DNA of 24,147 nucleotides from Saprolegnia diclina VS20 (Eukaryota): NCBI RefSeq assembly GCF_000281045.1, contig NW_008246073.1, positions 107,184 to 131,330 of the forward strand, read 5' to 3'. Shown piece by piece: positions 1 to 11,248 of this stretch (position 1 is its first letter; each line of letters starts with the position of its first letter). The notes under the pieces were generated by a model. It saw only the letters and a program-made list of their open reading frames with translations, ran no database searches and was not told where the DNA came from. The position numbers and the translations under genes were made by a program.

Positions 1-1
1 C

Positions 2-628
2 CAGCGTCACATACCGGTCCGAGTCTTCATACGTCTGCGTCGTGAACGTCACCGCGTTGTCATAGTACGTCGAGATCATGGCCTGGAGCGAGAGACCACC
101 TTCGGCCGAGCGCTTGATAACATCCTGGAGCGACTCGATTTCCTTGGAAGCGGTCGTGAGGTTGGCCTGGAGTGTCTTGACTTGCGTGAGCGCGTCCTTG
201 GAGGCCGCAAGCTCCGCCTGGAGGCCTTCAATGCGGCGTTGGTGCGCAGCGTTGTCCGCTTCCAGCTTCTTGAGCTTGTCGCTGAGCGCCTGCTTGTCCT
301 GGGCCAGCGTCGAGACTTCGGCCTGGAGCTCCGTCGAGACATCGGCCGCCTGCAGCTGGGCGATGGTCGCAACAAGCGCATCCTTCTCCGACGTGATGGC
401 CGCAAGCTCGTTGACAGCCGAGCTAAGCTGGGTCTGGAGACCCGAGACGGCCGATGCTTCTTCCTGGAACTTGGTCTGCACCGTCACGAGGTCGGCCTTG
501 TGCTGCGCCTCGGTGGCCTGGAGCGACGCCACCTCCTTCTGGAGCGAGGCCACTTGGGCGTCTTGGGGCGCGCAGTCCTGCGCGAGGGCAACGGCGGCGA
601 GCGACAGCAGCGGCAGGAGGTTGACCAT
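2..628 (-). CDS. Signal-peptide-bearing coiled-coil protein, N-terminal part (continues past the left edge of the window)
   Basis: ATG at 628 opens an uninterrupted minus-strand frame to the window edge: MVNLLPLLSLAAVALAQDCAPQDAQVASLQKEVASLQATEAAQHKADLVTVQTKFQEEASAVSGLQTQL...KLKKLEADNAAHQRRIEGLQAELAASKD... It has a hydrophobic N-terminus with an ALA-Q cleavage-like site, heptad-rich A/Q/E/K/L composition and strong GC3 bias. It is absent from the ORF track because no stop lies in the window. Confidence 0.8.
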   Translation of the reverse strand, partial: MVNLLPLLSLAAVALAQDCAPQDAQVASLQKEVASLQATEAQHKADLVTVQTKFQEEASAVSGLQTQLSSAVNELAAITSEKDALVATIAQLQAADVSTELQAEVSTLAQDKQALSDKLKKLEADNAAHQRRIEGLQAELAASKDALTQVKTLQANLTTASKEIESLQDVIKRSAEGGLSLQAMISTYYDNAVTFTTQTYEDSDRYVTL

Positions 629-637
629 CGTGAGTGC

Positions 638-652
638 GAAAGCAAAATGACC
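638..652 (-). promoter_or_regulatory. Oomycete Inr-like core promoter element of the coiled-coil gene
   Basis: Minus strand reads GGTCATTTTGCTTTC just upstream of the ATG, resembling the oomycete TCAYTY initiator. Confidence 0.4.
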
Positions 653-1280
653 GAAAAGACAAGACCTGTCGACTGCGTTCTCTTTTTTAATTTGGCAGCT
701 GTTTTGTTTTGCGCGTGCTATTAAATAGCAGTGATAACGTAGCGCCGGCGTGAGCAATCGAATAAAATACGCGCCAAATGTGGTGATGTTGAAGTGATAA
801 AATACATTTGTGGCAGCTTCCGATTGGCTAAAATTCGGAACCGCCAGGCCGACAATCGCCATCACGGTAGCCCGAGCGCGTTGCTTTCGCAAGCTCAAGA
901 GACTCCTTGAAGCTTCACGCTCTTACTATGGACCTTGGAATGGCCTCTGCCTTGCAGAGAGTAAGGGAATGACGACTTCGAGCCGTCGTCTACGGTACGT
1001 AGGAGCGGTGGCGTGCGTCTGTTTTCTGGTCCGGCGACCCATACAAAACCAGAGTGGTTTCCACGGAATCCGCGTGTTTGCATCGACACGTCGGGTTGGG
1101 CGGCCACGCGTCCGGTCCTCAGTAAACGGGGTTTGTGCACTGTCTTTCGTACAAATTCGTTGAGACTTGTGGAGAATAGACAATACTGTAGTCCACGGTA
1201 GACTTGGACGCCGCAACCATGTAGGATCTCACTTGAGCGCTCGCGAATTGCTCTGTTGGGCTGCGGTGACAAGGTGTGGT

Positions 1281-1332
1281 TGGTTGAAGAGGCCCTCTTC
1301 AACCACACATAACCCTGTATTACAGGGTTATG
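1281..1332. repeat. Two adjacent perfect inverted repeats (each 12-bp arm + 1 nt + 12-bp arm)
   Basis: TGGTTGAAGAGG-C-CCTCTTCAACCA (1281-1305) and CATAACCCTGTA-T-TACAGGGTTATG (1308-1332), separated by 2 nt. Confidence 0.9.
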
Positions 1333-1570
1333 ATTATTCGATCGACGCCATCTGAGGGACACGGAGATGATTTGAGGATGAGTGCTCTACTGCACCGAGT
1401 AGATGGGATCTACGCCAAGGCAAAGCGCAAGGACGAGTAAATGAAGAGATCTCGCCAAGGTCGCCTGCCAAAGCAAAAAGATACGATTTCACCACTCAGA
1501 TACACCTCAATATTGAATTCATGCCGATATTAACTGTGACAGGATTGCATTTTCACGCTTCCTGGCCAGC

Positions 1571-4500
1571 ATGCTCAAGCAGTACGTGACCGAGGCCAAG
1601 GCCAAGCTCAAGGACGAGGCCTACGAGGGCGCGCTCGCAGCCAGCGCCAAGGCCCTCGAGCTCGATGGACTCAACTTCCAAGCGCTGCTTTGCATGGGCA
1701 AGAGCCACTTCCACCTGCACGACGTATGTACTAGGACGCTGGATCTTGTTCGTCGCCGGGTGCCCACGATTCCTGCATGTAGCCGACCAAGGCCATCGAC
1801 GCCTACAAGCGCGCAGCGGCCGTCCAAGCCGACGTGCCGTTTGCCTGGAAGGTAATACTGGGTACATCGTCCTCCTCAAGACGACTCACCTCGCACAGGG
1901 CATGCTCGAAGTCTACGAGAGCACAGCAGACCACGCCAAGATGCTCGAGCCGCTGGAGAAGCTCTCGACCATCGTTTACGCGTAGCAATGTCCCATGTCG
2001 ATGGACGCACCTTATGATACGCGTGCATTAGGAATGGCAAGTTTGATCGGTGCCAGAAGATGCAGTTGGACATGGCGATCACCGCGACGCAGGCCAAGGA
2101 CTACGCCAAGGCGCTCACGTCCTGGCACCCGCTTCTCGTCAAGGAAAAAGCGCGTCCCGAGCTCTTTGCCGAGGAAAACCCGAACGATGAGCTGCCGCCG
2201 AGCGTCGACATGTGGCTCTCGGTGCTCGACCTCGTGCAGGTTTGACCGTCACGTCCTCCATCGCGCTGCTTACGCTCGACATATCGAATAGGCAAGCAAG
2301 TCGGCGGGTCCGTTCCAAGCGCCCGACGCCGTCTTGTACACTCTGGTGGGCAAGATCCGGGATGCGGCGACAACAACCGCTGGCTGGGTCTGCTCGGACA
2401 AGGTGGCGGCTGTCCTCGACGCCTACGCCGACTTGGCGCTCACGCGGCTCGTTCAACCGCAGTCGAATTCAAAGAACCAAGATCGCCAGAGCCTCGATAC
2501 GATCTGCCGCGATATGATTACGTGGTGCCCAGTCGCCAAACGCGCGGCGGAGATCCTCTTGCTGCGCGCCGAAGACAGCGACGGCGGTTCGGCCGGACCC
2601 GCTTGTATGCTTGGTTGAAATATGCTGTCTGTAGCCCTGGACGCAACGCAAACAAGCACGTGCGAGTCCATTTTGCGTCACGTCGACCCGGACAACCTCC
2701 TGCTCATGGCACTCGACGGGCTTGCCATGCACGCAGCCAAAGCCTACGTCCCGGTACGTGCTTGATCGACTTTTTCATTGCATTTTCATTCTTCCTTTTT
2801 GAAATGGCTCAATGCATGTTGTAGGCGCGGGAAACGCTCATGACGTGCATCACGGCGGGCCCGCACTTGCTGGCGGCGCGCGTCGCCCTGGCTGAGATTG
2901 CGATGGTACCGGGCCCGACGTACCAGCCGCAGGTGTGCCTCGACATGATCGCGAGCGCTCAGGACGCTGTGACGTGGCGCTACGACAACCTCTTGACGTC
3001 GCCGTCGCTGGCCATGTATGTGGACAAGTTGTCTATCTCGCAATATTGACGCCTCGTCGATAGCTTTGACGAGACCCACTTGAGCTTGCTCTCGGGCGCC
3101 GCGTACCGCGCGCTTTACAAATATGCGGACGCTATCGTGTGTTACGAAGGCATCTTGGAGCACGCGCCGCTGCTAGAAGCGCCTGCGATTGGGCTTGCAG
3201 AGGCGCATTTGGCCCAGCGCGACGTGGTGTCGGCCGCCAACGCGCTCCAGTTCCTCAGGTACCTCTGTCTGCGATGCATTGTTATCGTTCATGGCTGATG
3301 GTCTCTTCTAGTGACGAGCCAATGTCCGTCCCGCTCGCGGCGGCGCGAGGCTATGTCTTGCACCTCCAAGGCGACCTCGACGCCGCTCGCCGCCTCCTGG
3401 AAGCGGGCAGCGCGCTGACGGGCGACGCCCTCGACCTCGCGTGCCTCAAACGCCGGCTTGCCGACGTGTACTGGGATCTGGACGGCGCGTATCGGCGCGA
3501 CAAGGCCTATTGCGTCAGTGCGCTTCTCTCAGCGGCGAAACTCGATTCGTTTGACGCTGAGAGCTTCGCGGGCCTCGGTCGCTGGTACCATGACATTGCG
3601 ATGGACTTGGTGCGCGCAGAAAAGTGCTTTTTGAAAGCGCTCGCGCTCAACCCGCACTGCGAGGTCGCCGGGGTGCTCCTCAGTGACCTCTACGAAGCGC
3701 ACGGCCAAGAAGATCGCAACGTGCGTCTCTGGACTGACATGACGACGACGATCGAGGGCGTCGTCGCGCCGGTTTGGGCGTTGCGGCGTCTGGCCCAGCA
3801 CCAATTAAACGCCCACGACGAAGCTGCGATCGCGTCGATGCACAAGGTGCTGCGTCAGGCGCCCTCGGATGCATCCTACTGGGCCGCGCTCGGCCACGTG
3901 TATGCGAGCTTTGGGCGCGTCATGGCCGCGCAAAAGTCGTACGCCAAAGCAGTGAGTCTTGGTATGGACACCAACCCGTCTGTGTTGGCCGAGCTCGCGC
4001 GTATCGAGCTCTCAGTGGGCCTCTTTGACGAAGCGCTCGCGCATCTCCGCACCGCGGTCGCATACGTGGTCGCCAACGACATTGCAGTCCGCAAGCTCCT
4101 TGCGGAGACGTTGTTTCAGCACGCCAAGTTCCTCTGCGGCCAAGGGCTCTACGGCCGCGCGGCCGCTCATTTGTACGAAGCCTCGGGCTTGCTCCATACG
4201 TGCTTGGAGACGGCGAGCAACGAGCCCGCGCTGCACAAGCTGCTCGGGGATGTGCACTGCTTTGCGTTCTACTTGGCGCCCGGCGACTTTACTTCCTGGG
4301 TCGACTTTCTCAGCGCTGGCACCGCCGCGTACAAAACCGTGTCGAGTATCGAGCCCGACGAGCCCGCAGCGTGGTTGGACCTCGGCCTTGGCTATTGGTA
4401 CGAAGCCATGGCCCGGGGTACTGTCGACGGGGTGCCCATGGGCAAGCTCGCACTGCAGCACGCCCCGGTGTACCCGCCGTCGATCGATCAGCTGATGCAC

Positions 4501-6334
4501 GACGCGTCGACTGCGTTTGCGCAGGCGCTCGCACTCGAGCCGCTGAACGCACACGCGTGGAATGCGTTTGGTGCGGTGCAGCGCCATATTGTGCTCAAGC
4601 ACTTTGGCTTTGTGCGCGCGATCACGCTCGCGAACTTGGACTGCGCGTGGGCGAACCTCGGCATGTTGTATGTGTATGCCGGCGCGCCGGCGTCGGCCCA
4701 AAAGGCGTTTTTGAGCCTCCAAGGCGTGAACCCCAACAACCCGGCCATGTGGACCGGCTACGGTCTCCTCGAGATTGCAAAGGGCGATGCGAGCCAAGCC
4801 CACGCGGCGTACACGTGCGCCCTCCAGATGCGCCTCGATTTGGACGTGCTCTACGGCGTCGCGTCGACCGGCCTTCAGGTCCAAACCACCAGCAAAGAGG
4901 CGCTGCCGCTGCCGCAGATTCAGTTTGCGCTGCAAAAGTACCTCGAGCGCGACCCGTTCGAGGCTGCGGCACAGAACGCGCACGGCGTCGTGCTCTCGCA
5001 GCTCGGGTTGCACGCCGCGGCGACGACCGCATTGGATGCAGTGACGTCCACCGAGTCGGCGATCCTGCAAGGCAACAAGGTGCGCAACTACATTGCCGCC
5101 AAGCAGTGGCCCGAGGCGCTGGCGGCGTGGAAGGCCCTCGAGACGAAGGACGACACGACCAAGCAGCTCTTGGCCGCGCAGGTTCGTGTGCCATCAATGA
5201 CGATCCCACTTATCTCGCATGTCCTAGATCTATACCGGTTTGAACCGGTTTGGAGACGCACATGCAGCGCTCACGCGCATTCGATCGCCGGCGTCGACCC
5301 TCCATGTTGCGCTCGCCACGTACGAAGCCGAGTTCAAGGCGACCCGCGCGCTCTCGCCTGCCTCCAAAGCAGCGCTGCAGGCGCTCATGGAAGCGCACCC
5401 GCGCCACACCAGCATCGCCGCAACTCTGGCGCGCGTCGAGCTCGATTGGGTGACGTATTGGGCAACGTCGAACGACGACGAGAATCCAGACAAGGTGTCG
5501 GTGCCCTCGGGGCTCAGCGACGCCGGGCTTGCTCCCGCGTGGCTCGACGCAGTGCAGAGAAAGGACGGGTCGGCAGTGTCGATCGCAGCGCTCGCGCAGC
5601 TGTTTGGCGCGTCGGCGGCGGTGACGCGGCCGGTCGCGACCGCGCTCCCCGTGTCGCGCCACGTGCACGCGATCCTGGATGCCTTTACGGTGTGGACGCC
5701 GCCGCGCGCGACAGCCCAAGCTTGGTACCGCGAGAACCCGCGCGATCCCAACGCGTGGCGGGCGCTTGTGTTGACGCTCTTCAAGCGCTATGCTGCTACT
5801 CACGATGCGTCGATTCTCAAGACCCTCGGCCTCTACTTGGGCCTGCCGGTGACGAAGGAAGCGCATTTGACGTGGGAGTGGCATGTGCTCATGAGCGGCT
5901 ACTGCGCATGGACGCACGATGCGACGAGTGCAAAGACGCACGCAGCGTCGGCGTCGGCGCTGGCGGCGTCGATGCAGAATGCGTCGTTGTACAAGGCGCG
6001 ATCGGTGGTGTTTGTGGACCCGACCGCAGCCCTCTCGCTCTACCGCACGTCGCTGCGTGGCAGCGCCGACGAAGCTGTGCTGGCCGAGGTCGCGGCTTTC
6101 GTGACGGCGCTCGGGTGGCCGAAAGCCGCGATCCGCATCTGGAAGTGTCTGCACCAACTCGACGACAAGTGGAAGTTTATGGCGATCGTCCAGCGCTACG
6201 TGCTCTCGCTCAATGTCGAGTCGCCCAAGGTCCTTGCCAAGTACCTCAAGGAAATCCAGAACTTTGTCAAGGACGACTCCGAAACGAGTCCGCGCGCCGA
6301 GCTCGTCGCGCAGCTCGTGGCCTTGACGCCGTAA
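1571..6334 (+). CDS. SKI3: Superkiller complex protein 3 / TTC37-like TPR protein, 10 exons
   Basis: Exons joined through GT-AG introns: 1571-1723, 1783-1851, 1899-1981, 2032-2239, 2292-2586, 2635-2753, 2825-3015, 3064-3258, 3312-5181, 5228-6334. The N-terminal TPRs (AKAKLKDEAYEGALAASAKALELDGLNFQALLCMGKSHF...AIDAYKRAAAVQADVPFAWKG) and central motifs (LLSAAKLDSFDAESFAGLGRWY, RAEKCFLKALALNP, KHFGFVRAITL, AWANLGMLY) are typical of Ski3/TTC37. Confidence 0.88.
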
Positions 6335-6617
6335 CGCAAACCAGGAGTCGCCAGCGTGCGTCGATTTTGAACTGTTGAACATGCATCCCGTTACTGCTGC
6401 TTCTTCAGCGACCAAGTGTCTCTTCTGTGCTACAGCTCTAGCGCCCAAGCGTGCTCAGCAACGAGCTCAGCAGTCCCTGCGCCAGACCGACACTTGGTAG
6501 TCCCGAGATATGCAGCCGTGGCGCGAATCTTTGGAACTGGCCAATGGCATTGACGCGTGTGGATTCCTATCGTTTGATTGGTCAAAAAGCTACAACTTGT
6601 TGCCACGAGCCAAGGAC

Positions 6618-7241
6618 ATGGGCGGCAAGGTCTTTGTACGGCCCGTGCCCGATGGCGTCGAGGACGACGAGCTAACTGCGATCTTCGACCGCTTTGGACC
6701 GATCACATCCATGCACATTCACACGCTCAAGGCCGACATGGAGCCGCTCGTGCGCCACGCCTACATCGTACGACCATCGCGGCGAGAGAGCGACGACGAC
6801 GTATTGCCCGTAGACCTATCTGAACGACGACGACGCCGACAGCGCTGCGCGGGCCATGCACCAGCGCGAGATTGAAGGCGAGCGCGTGAGCGTCCACGTG
6901 GTCGCGCCACGTAAAACGCAGCGCACGGCCAACGTGATCGACGGCGGGTACTTGACATCCATCACCTTTGCCTTATCCTGCCATGTACTAGCGCGTACTA
7001 CATTTCGCTCAACAACTTGCCGCCTTCGGCCACGTTGACCAAGATCAAGCAGTTTCTGCACTCGGCGGGCATCACGAGCAAGCGGGTCGTGCTGCATCGC
7101 GCAGACCTGGCGTACGCAACGCTGCTCTCCAAGGCGGACGCAGAGACGGCCGTGCGGGCCCTCGACTGTGAGCGCCTCGACGGCGAGCGCATCTACCTCG
7201 AAGAGGTCGCCTACATCCCCCGCCGACCTGCCGATTCATAA
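6618..7241 (+). CDS. Small RNA-binding protein with two RRM domains, 3 exons
   Basis: Exons 6618-6767, 6814-6947, 6992-7241 with GT-AG introns. RRM1: KVFVRPVPDGVEDDELTAIFDRFGPI...HAYITYLNDDDADSAARAMHQREIEGERVSV. RRM2: YISLNNLPPSATLTKIKQFL...AYATLLSKADAETAVRALDCERLDGERIYLE. Confidence 0.82.
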
Positions 7242-7284
7242 TACCGAGTGTTGATTGTATGAGGGTTTTCGACTCGTTTGCTTC

Positions 7285-8416
7285 TTACACGGTCGCGTCC
7301 TGCGCACCGAGCGACTGGACGATGCAGTAGGTGTCGTTCGGAAGGCACAGGACCGTGTAGCCATTCGCGCCTTCGAGCTGGAACCCGTGGTCCCGCCGAT
7401 GGCCCTTCTGCCACCATGACGCGACGGTATCCGGGAAGCCCCAGACACTCACGGCCGCCAACGGGGCGACGCCGTCCGCGACCTGCTTCTTGGCATACTC
7501 GACGGCTGTGCGCACGAGCGTGTCGGGGATGAGACCGCGCCACCGAAGACTCACGGCGCGGCCCGGCGTCGTAGCCTCGACCGGCGACACGTAGGTGGAG
7601 AGGTACTCGTCTGAGAGCGGCGATAAGAGGCGGCAGGCGACCAACCCGAGCCATTCGTAGACAGCAGCAATCTCGTTCCGATCGCAAGTCGTCGAGATTT
7701 GTGCCGGGAGCGCGATCGCTGCAAAGGCCTGCACCTGGCTCGTGACTTCGATACGCTTGCGGACGCTTGCATCGCTCTCGTCGTCGACGGCGTCATTCGC
7801 GTCGGTGATGGCGATCGTCTGGAAGCTGCCGCGGCCATTAACCGCGCAAATGAGCAGATCGAGCGGCGGGAAGCGCGCGACGCAGGCGAGGACACGCGCG
7901 CGGAACGACGAGGCCGCGTCGACCATGTTGTTTGCATGGAGCTCGATCACGACGCGGTACCGCCGCCCGTGCAGCGCTTCGCCCGACGCCGTTGCAATCT
8001 TCTCGCCGACAAGGCCAAACTGCGTGTACGTCTCGTGATCGAGCACGAGCACGAGGTGGCCTAATATTGGATGGTGCGTTAGAGGTCCAGACGCAGGAGG
8101 AAGGAGAGCTGCTACCACTGGGAAAGAGGCCGAGCGTGTTGGCGCCGTCAATCGGTGCGTTCTTGAGCGTCGCGTAGTAGCGCAGCTCGGGCTTGGCCAA
8201 GCATTCCTGCAGCAAGGCTAGCGGTGACACGCGCATCGCGTAAAAGAAGAAGCCTTCGCGGGCAAGCGGCCCAACGCTGCCGGGCGTCGCCGACGGCAGG
8301 AAGACGTCGACTTGCTGGTTGAGCGGATGCGCGTCGACGAGGTCCCATGCGCGGCTTCGTGGGTCGCTCCATGTCGACGTGTGCACGAGGTGCCGGTTCA
8401 GCGGCAGGGCGGCCAT
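7285..8416 (-). CDS. RPP40: Ribonuclease P/MRP protein subunit p40, 2 exons (~358 aa)
   Basis: Exon 1 8416-8116, 55-nt GT-AG intron 8115-8061, exon 2 8060-7285. Motifs HPLNQQVDVFLP, GHLVLVLDHETYTQFGLVGE, YEWLGLVAC, DEYLSTYVSP, WRGLIP, SVWGFPDTVASW and HGF..EG.NGYT match the Rpp40 family. Confidence 0.88.
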
Positions 8417-8560
8417 GTGGATCATGCAAAATGGGTTGCCGGTTGCTTGACATCCAGCAACCGGCCCGCGACTGTTATTTAAGTTTAGAAATAGCAATAA
8501 AAAGCGCTCGAAATGTTGGTGACATGTTCACATCATAGTTCTGCTGCACTAGGAGCACCG

Positions 8561-8679
8561 AGTTCATGCATAGGGTTCGCCCGGTCGCGTCATGAAGCCG
8601 CCTCGAGGTAAATATCGAGGACCGCCAAGGACCTTGGTCTCGTGCGACACCACAGATAAGTGTCAGTTCATGCATAGGG
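8561..8679 (+). repeat. 15-bp direct repeat AGTTCATGCATAGGG
   Basis: Identical copies at 8561-8575 and 8665-8679 in the region upstream of RPP40. Confidence 0.7.
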
Positions 8680-9110
8680 AAAGGGTTTACAAAGCAAGGT
8701 GATGCAAAAGGAATGTCAGTCGACGACTGGGCCGTTTCCAAGCAGTGGAAGAGGTTTTCCGCACAAGTCCGAGCGATCCAGATTATCAAGATACAAAACG
8801 GAAACGCAAGATCCAAGACCCAAGATCCAGGCGCAGAGCAAGCGAGCTCAAGCCATTTCCAAATTGGTAGTCAAGTAGCTAACCCGCCTCGCCCACCACT
8901 GGCACGGCGGACACCAACACGGTTGTTGCCCCCAAGTAGTTCGGTCTTGATTGAGGAATGGTTAAACGCTAAGCAGTGGCGTGACGGGTAAAAGACCTAC
9001 AGCAACAGTACCATGGTACTTCGGGCGAGTCGGGTCTACGATGAAGAAGACAAAGCATATGCTCACGGCGCGCGGCGTCTCGGACGCCGAGGTGCTGCGC
9101 CATACGGCGG

Positions 9111-10693
9111 TCATGCAAGAGTATTGAGCACCAACGCGTACCAGACACAAAGCCCGCGAATCTGGCTCCGTGCTATGTCGTCACCCCAACGTCTTCCTGG
9201 TGGCGTCGCGAGCACGTAGATATGCGCGTAGCCAGCGACGTTTGGGTTGGTGGTCACCGCCGCGTAGATGGTCCGTAGCAACGCCCAGTCAATGCTCATT
9301 TCGTCCTGATCCACGGCCGTCTTGAGATAGTACGTGTAGACGCACCGATCTTGGACAAAGATGGCATCGACCGCGTTAAACGACGCCGTACCGTGAGGCA
9401 ACCAGTACGTCGCATTCCCCAAGGCGGTCGCGAGGTACGCAAGGCAGGCGCCTCTTGTCTCTCCACGCGATACGACCTTGACGCGCACCGCCACCACCAA
9501 CGGCAACAACAGTGCGATAGATAGCTCGAGCATACCGTCCGACGCCAGCTTGTGGATCAATGCTTCAAAGTGGAGGCTGTGCAGCGACGCATTCGTCGAT
9601 GTTTCCGTCGACGCGAGCAACGCAGCAAAGCGCTTTGCAGGCGTGATTGACATCATCCGCCGGAGGAGGACGCGGGCGTCGACCACGTCCTCGTTCAAGT
9701 CAGCGAGCACATAGTACTTGTACTTGGTCACGTCCTTGACGTACTGGTACGTGACCGGTATTGACTCGGTACATCCAGGGCTTGCATGCCGAGCGGGTGC
9801 AGCTCGGGCGACGTGCCAAACAGGCGCACGTTGCCGCCAGAGTACGCACATCGCTCGTCAAAAGTGTCCACGACTGCTGCATGCGCGCAGTGCCTCTTTG
9901 GACCATGCGGGGAGCACCAAGACGGTGCGCACGTTGGACCGGTACGGCCGCACTCGGCATCCCCCTTCCGGCATGGTATAAAATGCCACGTCGGGGTCCG
10001 GTATATCGTGCGACGGCGAGACCAAAAGCACGTGGTGGTTGCGAAAGGGAGCCAGTGGCGCCTCGTAGCGGACAGTCCACAGCGAGTAGTCGTCGGCGAC
10101 GATCAGAAACTTTGGGTTGGTGCCTTCGTTCTCAAACAAGAAGGCAGTGACCAGAGGCGCCAAGTCGCTTCGGTTCGAGAGCGTGTGCGTCGTGACGTAG
10201 ACGCCCCGAAACCACGTGATCACGTCCGACGTGTGGTCGGTCGTGCCGGCCCGCGCGAGGAGGATATGGTAATCGTGGTACACGGCAAGGTGCGCGCAGA
10301 GAAGGAGGACGAGCACCGACTTGCCAACGCCAGATGAGCCCAAAAGCACCAGACACAGCATCAGAGGACAGCGCTGCTCCGCGTCGACGTAGCTCTCGCC
10401 ATCCGAGTCGGACGATGCGAGGAATCCCATGGGAAGGAAGGAGCATAATACTCATGCAACGCACTGAGCATTACTGAGGCGGGCGCTTTGGCGTCGACAT
10501 GGCCCGACGTGTAGTTGACGAGCAAGAGGTCCCACAACATTCGCATCTCCTTCCGGACAAAGACGGCTGGCGGGATGTTGCCGTAGCCGGTCAGAACGCG
10601 CACGAGCATGTCCGTCTTCAAAATACGGCCGATGCTAGCCGCCTCCAGGTCGGGAACGTCGGCGTACGTGAGAATACGTTGCAAGCGAACCCT
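9111..10693 (-). pseudogene. Frame-disrupted Crinkler(CRN)-like P-loop NTPase + PD-(D/E)XK restriction-endonuclease-fold gene
   Basis: Consecutive minus-strand frames give AVFVRKEMRMLWDLL, Walker A LVLLGSSGVGKS, Walker-B-like FLIVADD, LPAWSKEALRAC, FDERCAYSGGNVR, then FEALIH and YWLPHGTASFNAVDAI. This motif order is that of CRN-type NTPase+REase C-terminal domains. Frame changes occur near 10430-10443, at the A4 run 9860-9863 and near 9745-9790. No clean start codon is evident. Confidence 0.65.
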
Positions 10694-11248
10694 TCAGCCC
10701 GGGGCTCTAGTCCAGAGGTCGTCACAACCCGCTTCAATGGAAAAAAGAGATGATACCGAGTCCAGCATAGTCTGATATCGATCGAGGACGCTTCGTTGCG
10801 ACTAGTTGTGTCAGCTGCCGTGCCTCGCCCTTGCCAAGCGTTTGGTACTGGGCGGCGCAAAGTCGAGGATGTCCTTCACGGTCATCTCGACCTTTTTCTT
10901 GCCTTGAGCAATGCACCAAAGATGCATCGTGTTCGGTGGCTGCGTCCACGACGAGCCGTCGAGCGGCAAGGCCGAGACGTCGAGGGGCCAGTACTGACAA
11001 CCCAGTTGAAGCTACTTGTGTGAATTCTTTTGTCTCCACCCATCACATCAAACCAAGTAAAAACCACCCCGTCAATCGTATTTCAGATCGGATTCTGTAC
11101 GGCGGGTCCCGTGCGATTGCTTTTGCAAAAGTACGCATCTACAAGGGGCAGTGTACCCTGTTGTGCGGGCTACCAGACGAACGCCCGATGCTCGTCATGT
11201 AGGTGGCATGTATTTTGATTTCAGACTTTCGGTTTGACGACACACAAC

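Noticed and set aside
76..724. ORFs 76-405(-), 78-650(+), 182-724(+), 423-662(-)
   Set aside because: These are antisense or shifted-frame shadows of the GC3-rich coiled-coil gene starting at 628(-).
1309..1331. Resemblance of ATAACCCTGTATTACAGGG to the I-SceI site, and of GAAGAG/CTCTTC nearby to type IIS sites (vector contamination)
   Set aside because: The match is only partial and no other vector sequence is nearby.
3139..6378. 1079-aa ORF as a single-exon protein
   Set aside because: Only 3312-5181 is real SKI3 exon. The ends are intron read-through and off-frame sequence, and the last exon is in the 5240-6334 frame.
4012..6448. Long antisense ORFs (352 aa, 412 aa) and the 347-aa shifted ORF within SKI3
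   Set aside because: They are Arg/Gly/Ala-rich with no motifs, an expected by-product of high GC3 codon usage.
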